DNA from: Escherichia phage vB_EcoM_11B_SA_NWU
DNA: 64,000 nt
Strand: one strand, 5' to 3'
Sequence record: OR062527
Shown: positions 51,412-64,000 of the stretch, in pieces
Layout of the letters: each line of letters begins with the position of its first letter
Numbering within the stretch: the stretch's first letter is position 1
Made by a program: the position numbers and the translations under genes
Notes under the pieces: model-generated
What the model was told of the DNA's origin: nothing
Database searches by the model: none
The model's input: only the letters and a program-made list of their open reading frames with translations

Positions 51412-54400
51412 ATGGCCGAGATTAAAAGAAAGTTCAGAGCAGAAGATGGTCTGGACGCAGGTGGCGATAAAATAATCAACGTAGCTTTAGCTGATCGTGC
51501 CGTAGGAACTGACGGTGTTAACGTTGATTACCTAATTCAAGAAAACACAGTTCAACAATACGATCCAACTCGTGGATATTTAAAAGATTTTGTAATCATT
51601 TATGATAACCGCTTTTGGGCTGCTATAAATGATATTCCAAAACCGGCAGGAGCTTTTAATAGCGGACGCTGGAGAGCATTACGTACCGATGCTAACTGGA
51701 TTACAGTCTCATCTGGTTCATATCAATTAAAATCTGGTGAAGCTATTTCGGTTAACACTGCAGCTGGTAATGATATTACATTTACTTTGCCATCTACCCC
51801 AATTGATGGTGATACTATCGTTCTCCAAGACATTGGAGGAAAACCTGGAGTTAACCAAGTTTTAATTGTAGCTCCAGTGCAAAGTATTGTAAACTTCAGA
51901 GGCGAGCAAGTACGTTCAGTACTAATGACTCATCCAAAGTCACAGTTAGTTTTAATTTTTAGTAATCGTCTGTGGCAAATGTATGTAGCTGATTATAGTA
52001 GAGAAGCTGTAGTTGTAACACCAGCGAATACGTATCAGGCGCAGTCTAACGATTTTATCGTACGTAGATTTACTTCTGCTGCACCAATTAATGTTAAGCT
52101 TCCGAGATTTGCTAATCATGGCGATATTATTAATTTCGTTGATTTAGATAAATTAAATCCTCTTTATCATACAATTGTTACGACATATGATGAAACGACT
52201 TCAGTACAAGAAGTTGGAACTCATTCTATTGAAGGCCGTACATCGATAGATGGTTTCTTGATGTTTGATGATAATGAGAAACTGTGGAGATTGTTTGATG
52301 GCGATAGCAAAGCACGTTTACGTATTATAACAACTAATTCAAATATTCGTCCAAATGAAGAAGTTATGGTATTTGGAGCGAATAACGGAACAACTCAAAC
52401 AATTGAGCTTCAGCTTCCAACTAATATTTCTGTTGGTGATACTGTTAAAATTTCCATGAATTACATGAGAAAAGGGCAAACAGTTAAAATCAAAGCTGCC
52501 GGTGAAGATAAAATTGCTTCTTCAGTTCAATTGCTGCAATTCCCAAAACGTTCAGAATATCCACCTGAAGCTGAATGGGTGACTGTTCAAGAATTAGTTT
52601 TTAACGGTGAAACTAATTATGTTCCAGTTTTACAACTTGCTTATATAGAAGATTCTGACGGAAAATACTGGGTTGTACAACAAAACGTTCCAACCGTAGA
52701 AAGAGTTGATTCTTTAAACGATTCTACTAGAGCAAGATTAGGCGTAATTGCTTTAGCTACACAAGCGCAAGCTAATGTCGATTTAGAAAATTCTCCGCAA
52801 AAAGAATTAGCAATTACTCCAGAAACATTAGCTAACCGTACTGCTACAGAAACTCGTAGAGGTATCGCAAGAATAGCAACTACTGCTCAAGTGAATCAGA
52901 ACACCACATTCTCTTTTGCTGATGATATTATCATTACACCTAAAAAGCTGAATGAAAGAACTGCTACAGAAACTCGTAGAGGTGTTGCTGAAATTGCTAC
53001 GCAACAGGAAACTAATGCAGGTACTGATGATACTACAATCATCACTCCTAAAAAGCTTCAAGCTCGACAAGGTTCTGAATCATTATCTGGTATTGTAACC
53101 TTTGTATCTACCGCAGGAGCTACTCCAGCTTCTAGTCGTGAATTAAATGGTACAAACGTTTATAATAAAAACACTAATAATTTAGTTGTTTCGCCTAAAG
53201 CTTTGGATCAGTATAAAGCTACTCCAACACAACAAGGTGCAGTAATTTTAGCAGTTGAAAGTGAAGTAATTGCTGGACAGAGTCAAGAAGGATGGGCAAA
53301 TGCGGTTGTAACGCCAGAAACGTTACATAAAAAGACATCAACTGATGGAAGAATTGGTTTAATTGAAATTGCTACGCAAAGTGAAGTTAATACAGGAACT
53401 GATTATACTCGCGCAGTCACTCCTAAAACTTTAAATGATCGTAAAGCAACTGAAAGTTTAAGTGGTATAGCTGAAATTGCTACGCAAGTTGAATTCGACG
53501 CAGGCGTCGACGATACTCGTATCTCTACACCATTAAAAATTAAAACTAGATTTGATAGTACTGATCGTACTTCTGTTGTTGCTCTATCTGGATTAGTTGA
53601 ATCAGGAACTCTCTGGGACCATTATACCCTTAATATTCTTGAAGCAAATGAGACACAACGTGGTACACTTCGTGTGGCTACACAAGTTGAAGCTGCTGCT
53701 GGAAAATTAGATAATGTTTTAATAACTCCTAAAAAGCTTTTAGGTACTAAATCTACTGAAGCACAAGAAGGTGTTATTAAAGTTGCAACTCAGTCTGAAA
53801 CTGTGACTGGAACGTCAGCAAATACTGCTGTATCTCCAAAAAATTTAAAATGGATTGTGCAGAGTGAACCTACCTGGGCAGCTACTACTACAGTAAGAGG
53901 CTTTGTTAAAACTTCATCTGGTTCAATTACATTCGTTGGTAATGATACAGTTGGTTCAACACAGTCGTTAGAATTATACGAGAAAAATAGCTATGCAGTA
54001 TCACCATATGAATTAAACCGTGTATTAGCAAATTATTTGCCGTTAAAAGCAAAAGCCGCTGACACAAATTTATTAGATGGTCTAGATTCATCTCAATTCA
54101 TTCGTAGGGATATTGCACAGACGGTTAATGGTTCACTAACCTTAACCCAACAAACGAATCTGAGTGCCCCTCTTGTATCATCTAGTACTGCTACGTTTGG
54201 CGGATCAGTTTCGGCAAACAGCACATTAACTATTTCTAATACTGGAACGGCAACTCGTCTGATTTTTGAGAAAGGACCTCAAACTGGAACTAACCCAGTA
54301 CAGACGATGACTATCAGAGTTTGGGGAAATCAGTTTGGTGGCGGTTCAGATACAACACGTTCTACTGTATTTGAAGTTGGTGATGAAACGTCTAATCACT

Positions 54401-55281
54401 TTTATTCTCAACGCAATAAAGCTGGGAATATAACGTTTAGTATCAATGGTACTGTAATGCCAATAAATGTTAATGCTTCGGGTTCTTTGAATGCGAACGG
54501 CGTTGCAACATTTGGTAGTTCAGTTACAGCCAATGGTGAATTCATCAGCAAGTCTGCAAATGCTTTCAGAGCAATAAATGGTGATTATGGATTCTTTATT
54601 CGCAATGATGCTGCTAACACCTATTTCATGCTTACTGCATCGGGTGATCAGACTGGCGGATTTAATGGATTACGTCCTTTAGCTATTAACAATGCATCCG
54701 GTCAAGTAACGATTGGTGAAAGCTTAATCATTGCCAAAGGTGCTACTATAAATTCAGGTGGTTTAACTGTTAACTCGAGAATTCGTTCTCAGGGCACTAA
54801 AACATCTGACTTATATACCCGTGCGCCAACATCTGATACTGTAGGATTCTGGTCAATTGACATTAATGATTCAGCTACTTATAACCAGTTCCCAGGTTAT
54901 TTTAAAATGGTTGAAAAAACTAATGAAGTGACTGGACTTCCATACTTAGAACGTGGTGAAGAAGTTAAATCTCCTGGTACATTGACTCAATTTGGTAACA
55001 CACTTGATTCGCTTTACCAAGATTGGATTACTTATCCAACGACTCCAGAAGCACGTACCACTCGCTGGACCCGTACATGGCAGAAAACCAAAAACTCTTG
55101 GTCGAGTTTTGTTCAGGTATTTGATGGAGGTAACCCTCCTCAGCCGTCTGATATCGGTGCTTTACCATCTGATAATGCTACAATGGGGAATCTTACTATT
55201 CGTGATTTCTTACGAATTGGTAATGTTCGCATTATTCCTGACCCAGTGAATAAATCTGTTAAATTTGAATGGATTGAATAA
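51412..55281 (+). CDS. 34: Long tail fiber proximal subunit gp34
   Basis: 1289 aa (T4 gp34 length); repeated ...TRRG.A.IAT... fiber motifs. Confidence 0.95.
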   Translation: MAEIKRKFRAEDGLDAGGDKIINVALADRAVGTDGVNVDYLIQENTVQQYDPTRGYLKDFVIIYDNRFWAAINDIPKPAGAFNSGRWRALRTDANWITVSSGSYQLKSGEAISVNTAAGNDITFTLPSTPIDGDTIVLQDIGGKPGVNQVLIVAPVQSIVNFRGEQVRSVLMTHPKSQLVLIFSNRLWQMYVADYSREAVVVTPANTYQAQSNDFIVRRFTSAAPINVKLPRFANHGDIINFVDLDKLNPLYHTIVTTYDETTSVQEVGTHSIEGRTSIDGFLMFDDNEKLWRLFDGDSKARLRIITTNSNIRPNEEVMVFGANNGTTQTIELQLPTNISVGDTVKISMNYMRKGQTVKIKAAGEDKIASSVQLLQFPKRSEYPPEAEWVTVQELVFNGETNYVPVLQLAYIEDSDGKYWVVQQNVPTVERVDSLNDSTRARLGVIALATQAQANVDLENSPQKELAITPETLANRTATETRRGIARIATTAQVNQNTTFSFADDIIITPKKLNERTATETRRGVAEIATQQETNAGTDDTTIITPKKLQARQGSESLSGIVTFVSTAGATPASSRELNGTNVYNKNTNNLVVSPKALDQYKATPTQQGAVILAVESEVIAGQSQEGWANAVVTPETLHKKTSTDGRIGLIEIATQSEVNTGTDYTRAVTPKTLNDRKATESLSGIAEIATQVEFDAGVDDTRISTPLKIKTRFDSTDRTSVVALSGLVESGTLWDHYTLNILEANETQRGTLRVATQVEAAAGKLDNVLITPKKLLGTKSTEAQEGVIKVATQSETVTGTSANTAVSPKNLKWIVQSEPTWAATTTVRGFVKTSSGSITFVGNDTVGSTQSLELYEKNSYAVSPYELNRVLANYLPLKAKAADTNLLDGLDSSQFIRRDIAQTVNGSLTLTQQTNLSAPLVSSSTATFGGSVSANSTLTISNTGTATRLIFEKGPQTGTNPVQTMTIRVWGNQFGGGSDTTRSTVFEVGDETSNHFYSQRNKAGNITFSINGTVMPINVNASGSLNANGVATFGSSVTANGEFISKSANAFRAINGDYGFFIRNDAANTYFMLTASGDQTGGFNGLRPLAINNASGQVTIGESLIIAKGATINSGGLTVNSRIRSQGTKTSDLYTRAPTSDTVGFWSIDINDSATYNQFPGYFKMVEKTNEVTGLPYLERGEEVKSPGTLTQFGNTLDSLYQDWITYPTTPEARTTRWTRTWQKTKNSWSSFVQVFDGGNPPQPSDIGALPSDNATMGNLTIRDFLRIGNVRIIPDPVNKSVKFEWIE

Positions 55282-55289
55282 GAGGTATT

Positions 55290-56405
55290 ATGGAAAAATT
55301 TATGGCAGAGTTTGGACAAGGATATGTCCAAACGCCATTTTTATCGGAAAGTAATTCAGTAAGATATAAAATAAGTATAGCGGGTTCTTGCCCGCTTTCT
55401 ACGGCAGGACCATACGTTAAATTTCAGGATAATCCTGTTGGAAGTCAAACATTTAGCGCAGGTCTTCATCTAAGAGTTTTTGACCCTTCCACCGGAGCAT
55501 TAGTTGATAGTAAGTCATATGCTTTTTCTACTTCAAATGATACTACATCAGCTGCTTTTGTTAGTTTCATGAATTCTTTGACGAATAACAAACTTGTTGC
55601 TATATTAACTAGCGGAAAGGTTAATTTTCCTCCTGAAGTAGTATCTTGGTTGAGAACCGCAGGAACGTCTGCTTTTCCATCTGATTCTATATTGTCAAGA
55701 TTTGACGTATCATATGCTGCTTTTTACACTTCTTCTAAAAGAGCTATTGCATTAGAGCATGTTAAACTGAGCAACAGAAAAAGCACAGATGATTATCAAA
55801 CTATTTTAGATGTGGTGTTTGACAGTTTAGAAGACGTCGGAGCTACCGGGTTTCCAAAAAGAACGTACGAAAGCGTTGAGCAATTTATGTCAGCGGTTGG
55901 TGGAACTAATAACGAAATTGCACGTCTACCGACTTCGGCTGCTATAAGTAAATTATCTGACTATAATTTAATCCCTGGCGATGTTCTTTATCTTAAAGCA
56001 CAGCTATATGCTGATGCTGATTTACTTGCTCTTGGAACTACAAATATATCTATCCGTTTTTATAATGCATCAAATGGATATATTTCTTCAACACAAGCTG
56101 AATTTACTGGGCAAGCTGGGTCATGGGAATTAAAGGAAGATTATGTAGTTGTTCCAGAAAACGCTGTAGGATTTACGATATATGCACAAAGAACTGCACA
56201 AGCGGGTCAAGGCGGTATGAGAAATTTAAGCTTTTCTGAAGTGTCAAGAAATGGCGGCATTTCAAAACCTGCTGAATTTGGTGTTAATGGTATTCGTGTT
56301 AATTATATCTGCGAATCTGCTTCACCTCCAGATATAATGGTACTTCCTACGCAAGCATCGTCTAAAACTGGTAAAGTGTTTGGGCAAGAATTTAGAGAAG
56401 TATAA
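55290..56405 (+). CDS. 35: Long tail fiber hinge connector gp35
   Basis: 371 aa; follows gene 34. Confidence 0.85.
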   Translation: MEKFMAEFGQGYVQTPFLSESNSVRYKISIAGSCPLSTAGPYVKFQDNPVGSQTFSAGLHLRVFDPSTGALVDSKSYAFSTSNDTTSAAFVSFMNSLTNNKLVAILTSGKVNFPPEVVSWLRTAGTSAFPSDSILSRFDVSYAAFYTSSKRAIALEHVKLSNRKSTDDYQTILDVVFDSLEDVGATGFPKRTYESVEQFMSAVGGTNNEIARLPTSAAISKLSDYNLIPGDVLYLKAQLYADADLLALGTTNISIRFYNASNGYISSTQAEFTGQAGSWELKEDYVVVPENAVGFTIYAQRTAQAGQGGMRNLSFSEVSRNGGISKPAEFGVNGIRVNYICESASPPDIMVLPTQASSKTGKVFGQEFREV

Positions 56406-56410
56406 ATTGA

Positions 56411-56433
56411 GGGAGCCTTCGGGTTCCCTTTTT
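56411..56433 (+). terminator. Terminator after gene 35 (gggagcc-UUCG-ggttccc plus T-run)
   Basis: 7-bp stem (one G-U pair), UUCG loop, then ttttt. Confidence 0.6.
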
Positions 56434-56436
56434 CTT

Positions 56437-56444
56437 TATAAATA
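56437..56444 (+). promoter_or_regulatory. Late promoter core TATAAATA for gene 36
   Basis: Exact TATAAATA 24 nt upstream of ATG 56468. Confidence 0.6.
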
Positions 56445-56467
56445 CTATTAAAATAAAGGGGCATACA

Positions 56468-57124
56468 ATGGCTGATTTAAAAGTAGGTTCAACAACTGGA
56501 GGCTCTGTCATTTGGCATCAAGGAAATTTTCCATTGAATCCAGCCGGTGACGATGTACTCTATAAATCATTTAAAATATATTCAGAATATAATAAACCAC
56601 AAGCTGCTGATAACGATTTCGTTTCTAAAGCTAATGGTGGTACATATTTAAATAAAGTAATTTTTAATAAAGGAATGACTGTTCCTGGTGCTGGGTCAGG
56701 TGACAACGGTATTTTTGCCGGTCCTGGTGATAATGCCACATATGATACTACAAATATGGATATTGTTTCATGGTATGGTATCGGCTTTAAATCATCACAA
56801 GGGGCAGCAGGTAGAACTGTAGTAATTAACACACGAAACGGAGATATTAGCTCAAAGGGTGTAATTGAAGCATCACAAATACGCGCAACTTCGTTATCAC
56901 CAGTAAATAATTATGACCTTACGAGAAAAGATTATGTTGATGGAGCAATAAATATTGTTACAACAAATGCAAACTCTAGAGTATTACGCTCTGGAGACAC
57001 TATGACAGGAAATTTAACTGCGCCAAACCTTTTTTCACAGAATCCTGCATCTCAACCCTCGCATGTTCCGCGATTTGACCAAATCGTAATTAAGGATTCT
57101 GTTCAAGATTTCGGCTATTATTAA
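56468..57124 (+). CDS. 36: Long tail fiber distal connector gp36
   Basis: 218 aa; T4 order. Confidence 0.85.
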   Translation: MADLKVGSTTGGSVIWHQGNFPLNPAGDDVLYKSFKIYSEYNKPQAADNDFVSKANGGTYLNKVIFNKGMTVPGAGSGDNGIFAGPGDNATYDTTNMDIVSWYGIGFKSSQGAAGRTVVINTRNGDISSKGVIEASQIRATSLSPVNNYDLTRKDYVDGAINIVTTNANSRVLRSGDTMTGNLTAPNLFSQNPASQPSHVPRFDQIVIKDSVQDFGYY

Positions 57125-57132
57125 GAGGACTT

Positions 57133-61255
<4,123 letters not shown>

Positions 61256-61287
61256 TTTTTGAATAAATATCCTTAAAAGGAGGGTCT

Positions 61288-61944
61288 ATGGCAGCACCTA
61301 GAATATCATTTTCGCCCTCTGATATTCTATTTGGTGTTCTAGATCGCTTGTTCAAAGATAACGCTACCGGGAAAGTTCTTGCTTCCCGGGTAGCTGTCGT
61401 AATTCTTTTGTTTATGATGGCGATTGTTTGGTATAGGGGAGATAGTTTCTTTGAGTACTATAAGCAATCAAAGTATGAAACATACAGTGAAATTATTGAA
61501 AAGGAAAGAAATGCACGCTTTGAATCTGTCGCCCTGGAACAACTCCAGATAGTTCACATATCATCTGAGGCAGACTTTAGTGCGGTGTATTCTTTCCGCC
61601 CTAAAAACTTAAACTATTTTGTCGATATTATAGCATATGAAGGAAAATTACCTTCAACAATAAGTGAAAAATCACTTGGAGGATATCCTGTTGATAAAAC
61701 TATGGATGAATATGCAGTTCATTTAAATGGACGTCATTATTATTCCAACTCAAAATTTGCTTTTTTACCAACTAAAAAGCCTACTCCCGAAATAAACTAC
61801 ATGTACAGTTGTCCATATTTTAATTTGGATAATATCTATGCTGGAACGATAACCATGTACTGGTATAGAAATGATCATATAAGTAATGACCGCCTTGAAT
61901 CAATATGCGCCCAGGCGGCCAGAATATTAGGAAGGGCTAAATAA
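61288..61944 (+). CDS. t: Holin T
   Basis: 218 aa; MAAPRISFSPSDILFGVLDRLFKDNATGK... with single TM segment, recognised as T4 holin. Confidence 0.9.
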   Translation: MAAPRISFSPSDILFGVLDRLFKDNATGKVLASRVAVVILLFMMAIVWYRGDSFFEYYKQSKYETYSEIIEKERNARFESVALEQLQIVHISSEADFSAVYSFRPKNLNYFVDIIAYEGKLPSTISEKSLGGYPVDKTMDEYAVHLNGRHYYSNSKFAFLPTKKPTPEINYMYSCPYFNLDNIYAGTITMYWYRNDHISNDRLESICAQAARILGRAK

Positions 61945-62217
61945 TTATTTGTTCGTATACATCTCTAGATATCGATATACACCCTCAAAACCCTCGTTGA
62001 ATTCGTCGATGAGGGTTTTCTTATCTTCTTGAGTTAATTCAGAAACAATTTTACGGAATGAATTCTGATTTAATTTTCTACCTTCATGCGTTACTCCAAT
62101 CTCATTCAGAAATGCAATAAAATTAGCACGATTTTCAACAATATCTTCTCTGGAAAATTTAATCAAAATAGACGCAACAGTAATAATTTCACGAACTGTA
62201 TCAATATTTTTATTCAT
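61945..62217 (-). CDS. asiA: AsiA anti-sigma70 factor
   Basis: 90 aa; MNKNIDTVREIITVASILIKFSREDIVENRANF... recognised as T4 AsiA. Confidence 0.9.
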   Translation of the reverse strand: MNKNIDTVREIITVASILIKFSREDIVENRANFIAFLNEIGVTHEGRKLNQNSFRKIVSELTQEDKKTLIDEFNEGFEGVYRYLEMYTNK

Positions 62218-62229
62218 TAACTATACCAC

Positions 62230-62382
62230 TCAATTAGTTGACTTTGTTATAATATCATCAGACGCTTGATTTGTAAACTGGTCTGTGTTATTTTCTTCAA
62301 AAATTTTTTCTACGAATTCCTTGAACGACTTACGTTCCTGAGCTACATTATGCTCGATTACTTTTTCAAGATTATGACTCAT
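62230..62382 (-). CDS. Small hypothetical ORF (50 aa) missing from ORF track, coupled to arn
   Basis: ATG overlaps arn stop (ATGA); translated by hand as MSHNLEKVIEHNVAQERKSFKEF...; overlaps predicted asiA promoter. Confidence 0.35.
   Translation of the reverse strand: MSHNLEKVIEHNVAQERKSFKEFVEKIFEENNTDQFTNQASDDIITKSTN
62249..62277 (-). promoter_or_regulatory. Putative early promoter for asiA: -35 TTTACA, 17-nt spacer, -10 TATTAT
   Basis: Minus strand GTTTACAaatcaagcgtctgatgaTATTAT ~30 nt upstream of asiA ATG. Confidence 0.45.
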
Positions 62383-62657
62383 TCGAAATAATCTTCAATT
62401 TCATAATCATGGACATAAATCATTATAGTTTTTAATACATCATCAATACTTTTTCCTGGAGCTGGAATTACGTAAAAATATCCTGCTTTTGAAAGGTCTT
62501 TATAAGTTCCAATCAAGAAATCATTATTCTCGAGATGTAGTTCTTCAACTAATTCATTAACAATTGAGTGGTATAAATTTGGTAGAAACTTATATAGCTT
62601 TTCTAGAATATCAATTTTGATTGTGTATTGAACCACAGACTGAGAATCAATAATCAT
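62379..62657 (-). CDS. arn: Arn anti-restriction nuclease (McrBC inhibitor) candidate
   Basis: 92-aa acidic protein in the T4 arn position (T4 Arn is 92 aa as I recall). Confidence 0.65.
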   Translation of the reverse strand: MIIDSQSVVQYTIKIDILEKLYKFLPNLYHSIVNELVEELHLENNDFLIGTYKDLSKAGYFYVIPAPGKSIDDVLKTIMIYVHDYEIEDYFE

Positions 62658-62734
62658 AGACCTTCCCCTTATGTTTCTGTTTGCGATTAGATTCTTTAAA
62701 CGCTTTCTTCTTATCTTTATGAACAGAAGCTTTA

Positions 62735-62959
62735 TTAAAATTGTGCTTTGCGACTAAATTGTTCATAGTGCTGAATTACCTCTCTTAAACATTTGCATGT
62801 GAATGAGAACTTTTTAGCTACACCACACTCAAATATATGTTCTCTTAAATCACGTGTATCAGTATATCCCATCTCAACGATAAAATGCCGTATTAGATTT
62901 TTATCTTTATCATTGAGAGAATTAAAATAATCGGATTTTGAATTAATTTCCCTGGCCAA
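62735..62959 (-). CDS. Hypothetical protein (arn.x cluster)
   Basis: 74-aa ORF containing a CxxC pair. Confidence 0.5.
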   Translation of the reverse strand: MAREINSKSDYFNSLNDKDKNLIRHFIVEMGYTDTRDLREHIFECGVAKKFSFTCKCLREVIQHYEQFSRKAQF

Positions 62960-63239
62960 ATTGAATCACCTTCAGTTGACGCTTTAGTTCTTTTATCATT
63001 TCTTCGTTCATCGCAATATAAAGATCGCGTAAAGCAGGTTTTAACATTCCATTTACCGGAGAACTAAATGGGCATACATAATCTTTTCCTACAAGCTTTT
63101 TGGTAAATTCCATATCACAGAACTGAAATGCTGGCTCATTCGCATAAATTCCCCAATTAGTTGACATCATTTTATTGGCATATTCCAGCGCATTAATTTG
63201 ATTCATAATTCCATCAATTTGAAACTTTTTAATATTCAT
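62943..63239 (-). CDS. Hypothetical protein (arn.x cluster)
   Basis: 98-aa ORF. Confidence 0.5.
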   Translation of the reverse strand: MNIKKFQIDGIMNQINALEYANKMMSTNWGIYANEPAFQFCDMEFTKKLVGKDYVCPFSSPVNGMLKPALRDLYIAMNEEMIKELKRQLKVIQFGQGN

Positions 63240-63700
63240 TAGTAAAGGTCCTCAGAGTAAAGTTCTTTTTCACTACCACCACGTTCAATACGCACCTGCC
63301 CAGCATAAGTTGCAATAATCATTGCTTCTTCACGTGTCCAATAATTACTATATTGGTCAATAAACCCTTGGTCATCATCACAAACTTGTTGAGTAACTAA
63401 TTGAGGTTTAACTACATCTAAAACTTCTGCCATATCTTTAGAATAATGACGAGCACCTGGAATAACGAGAGTTCGTCCATCTTTTAATTTAAAACGATTA
63501 GCTGCACAGACAATTCGTCGTTGATACTTTTGGTTTTCATCCCAGTATGCAGGCTGCCAACATATTTCAGGAACTTCATCTAAAACATTTTGTTCTGTAT
63601 ATTCACCGCCGTAAGAAGCTAATTTAGCAGCCAGACTTTCCGGAGTCTCACGTAACAAAGCTTTATCTAACAGAGCTAAACGTTCTTTAAAAGTTTTCAT
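63239..63700 (-). CDS. Hypothetical protein (arn.x cluster)
   Basis: 153-aa ORF, ATGA overlaps on both sides. Confidence 0.5.
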   Translation of the reverse strand: MKTFKERLALLDKALLRETPESLAAKLASYGGEYTEQNVLDEVPEICWQPAYWDENQKYQRRIVCAANRFKLKDGRTLVIPGARHYSKDMAEVLDVVKPQLVTQQVCDDDQGFIDQYSNYWTREEAMIIATYAGQVRIERGGSEKELYSEDLY

Positions 63701-63903
63701 TTAAACCATCCTTTAATACGTTGCCACAAAGTTTTCTGTTGAGCTTTGTTAACACCAATTGAGCGAATAACCGGTTGAGATTCCTGGAATTCTTTATAAT
63801 CAGCAAGATAAATTTCGTAAGCTGCATCTGTAAAGGAACTTATCGCTGCCATAAAATTATTACGAATACCTACTGGAGCATCTTTACTTTCACGAATAAT
63901 CAT
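63697..63903 (-). CDS. Hypothetical protein (arn.x cluster)
   Basis: 68-aa ORF. Confidence 0.5.
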   Translation of the reverse strand: MIIRESKDAPVGIRNNFMAAISSFTDAAYEIYLADYKEFQESQPVIRSIGVNKAQQKTLWQRIKGWFK

Positions 63904-63916
63904 GTATTTACCAGTC

Positions 63917-64000
63917 TTAATCTTTACGATAGTTCCAAGATAAGCTCCATGATACCAGATGTCCCAACCCTCTTGAGTAGGTTCTGCACAACGACGAAGT
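63917..64000 (-). CDS. 3' end of a minus-strand gene whose start lies beyond the window (possibly motA by position)
   Basis: Open frame from window edge to TAA at 63917-63919; only 28 codons visible. Confidence 0.3.
   Translation of the reverse strand, partial: TSSLCRTYSRGLGHLVSWSLSWNYRKD

Overview
This window is a contiguous segment of a T4-like (T-even, Tequatrovirus-type) myovirus genome, running in T4 map order from the 3' part of gene 18 (tail sheath) to the arn / arn-downstream cluster. Identification rests on reading the ORF translations against remembered T4 proteins and gene order; no database search was run. Plus strand carries late structural genes: 18-19-20-67-68-21-22-23-24, uvsW, 51-27-28-29-48-54, 34-35-36-37-38-t. 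Minus strand carries rnlB-24.2-24.3-hoc-inh, uvsY-25-26, and the large block alt-30-30.x-rIII-31-cd-pseT-spanins-alc-rnlA-denA-nrdB-nrdA-td-frd-32-59-33-dsbA-rnh plus asiA-arn. It is not T4 itself: td and nrdB are uninterrupted (no group I introns), there is no segD or segE, gp37/gp38 are of the T2-type (gp38 adhesin with glycine-rich motifs), Hoc has an extra Ig-like domain, and there are extra small ORFs between frd and td and between frd and 32. No rRNA, tRNA, CRISPR array, integrase or transposase was recognised. I found no clearly novel multi-gene system; the most interesting candidates are a tandem pair of Alt-like ADP-ribosyltransferases, a NADAR (YbiA-like) protein with a HAD-like neighbour in the 30.x cluster, a 115-aa ORF inserted between frd and td, and an unexplained ~245-bp non-coding region. 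Regulatory calls (late TATAAATA boxes, GTTTACA-N17-TAnnAT early promoters, one MotA-box middle promoter, GC-stem tetraloop hairpins) are read directly from the sequence.
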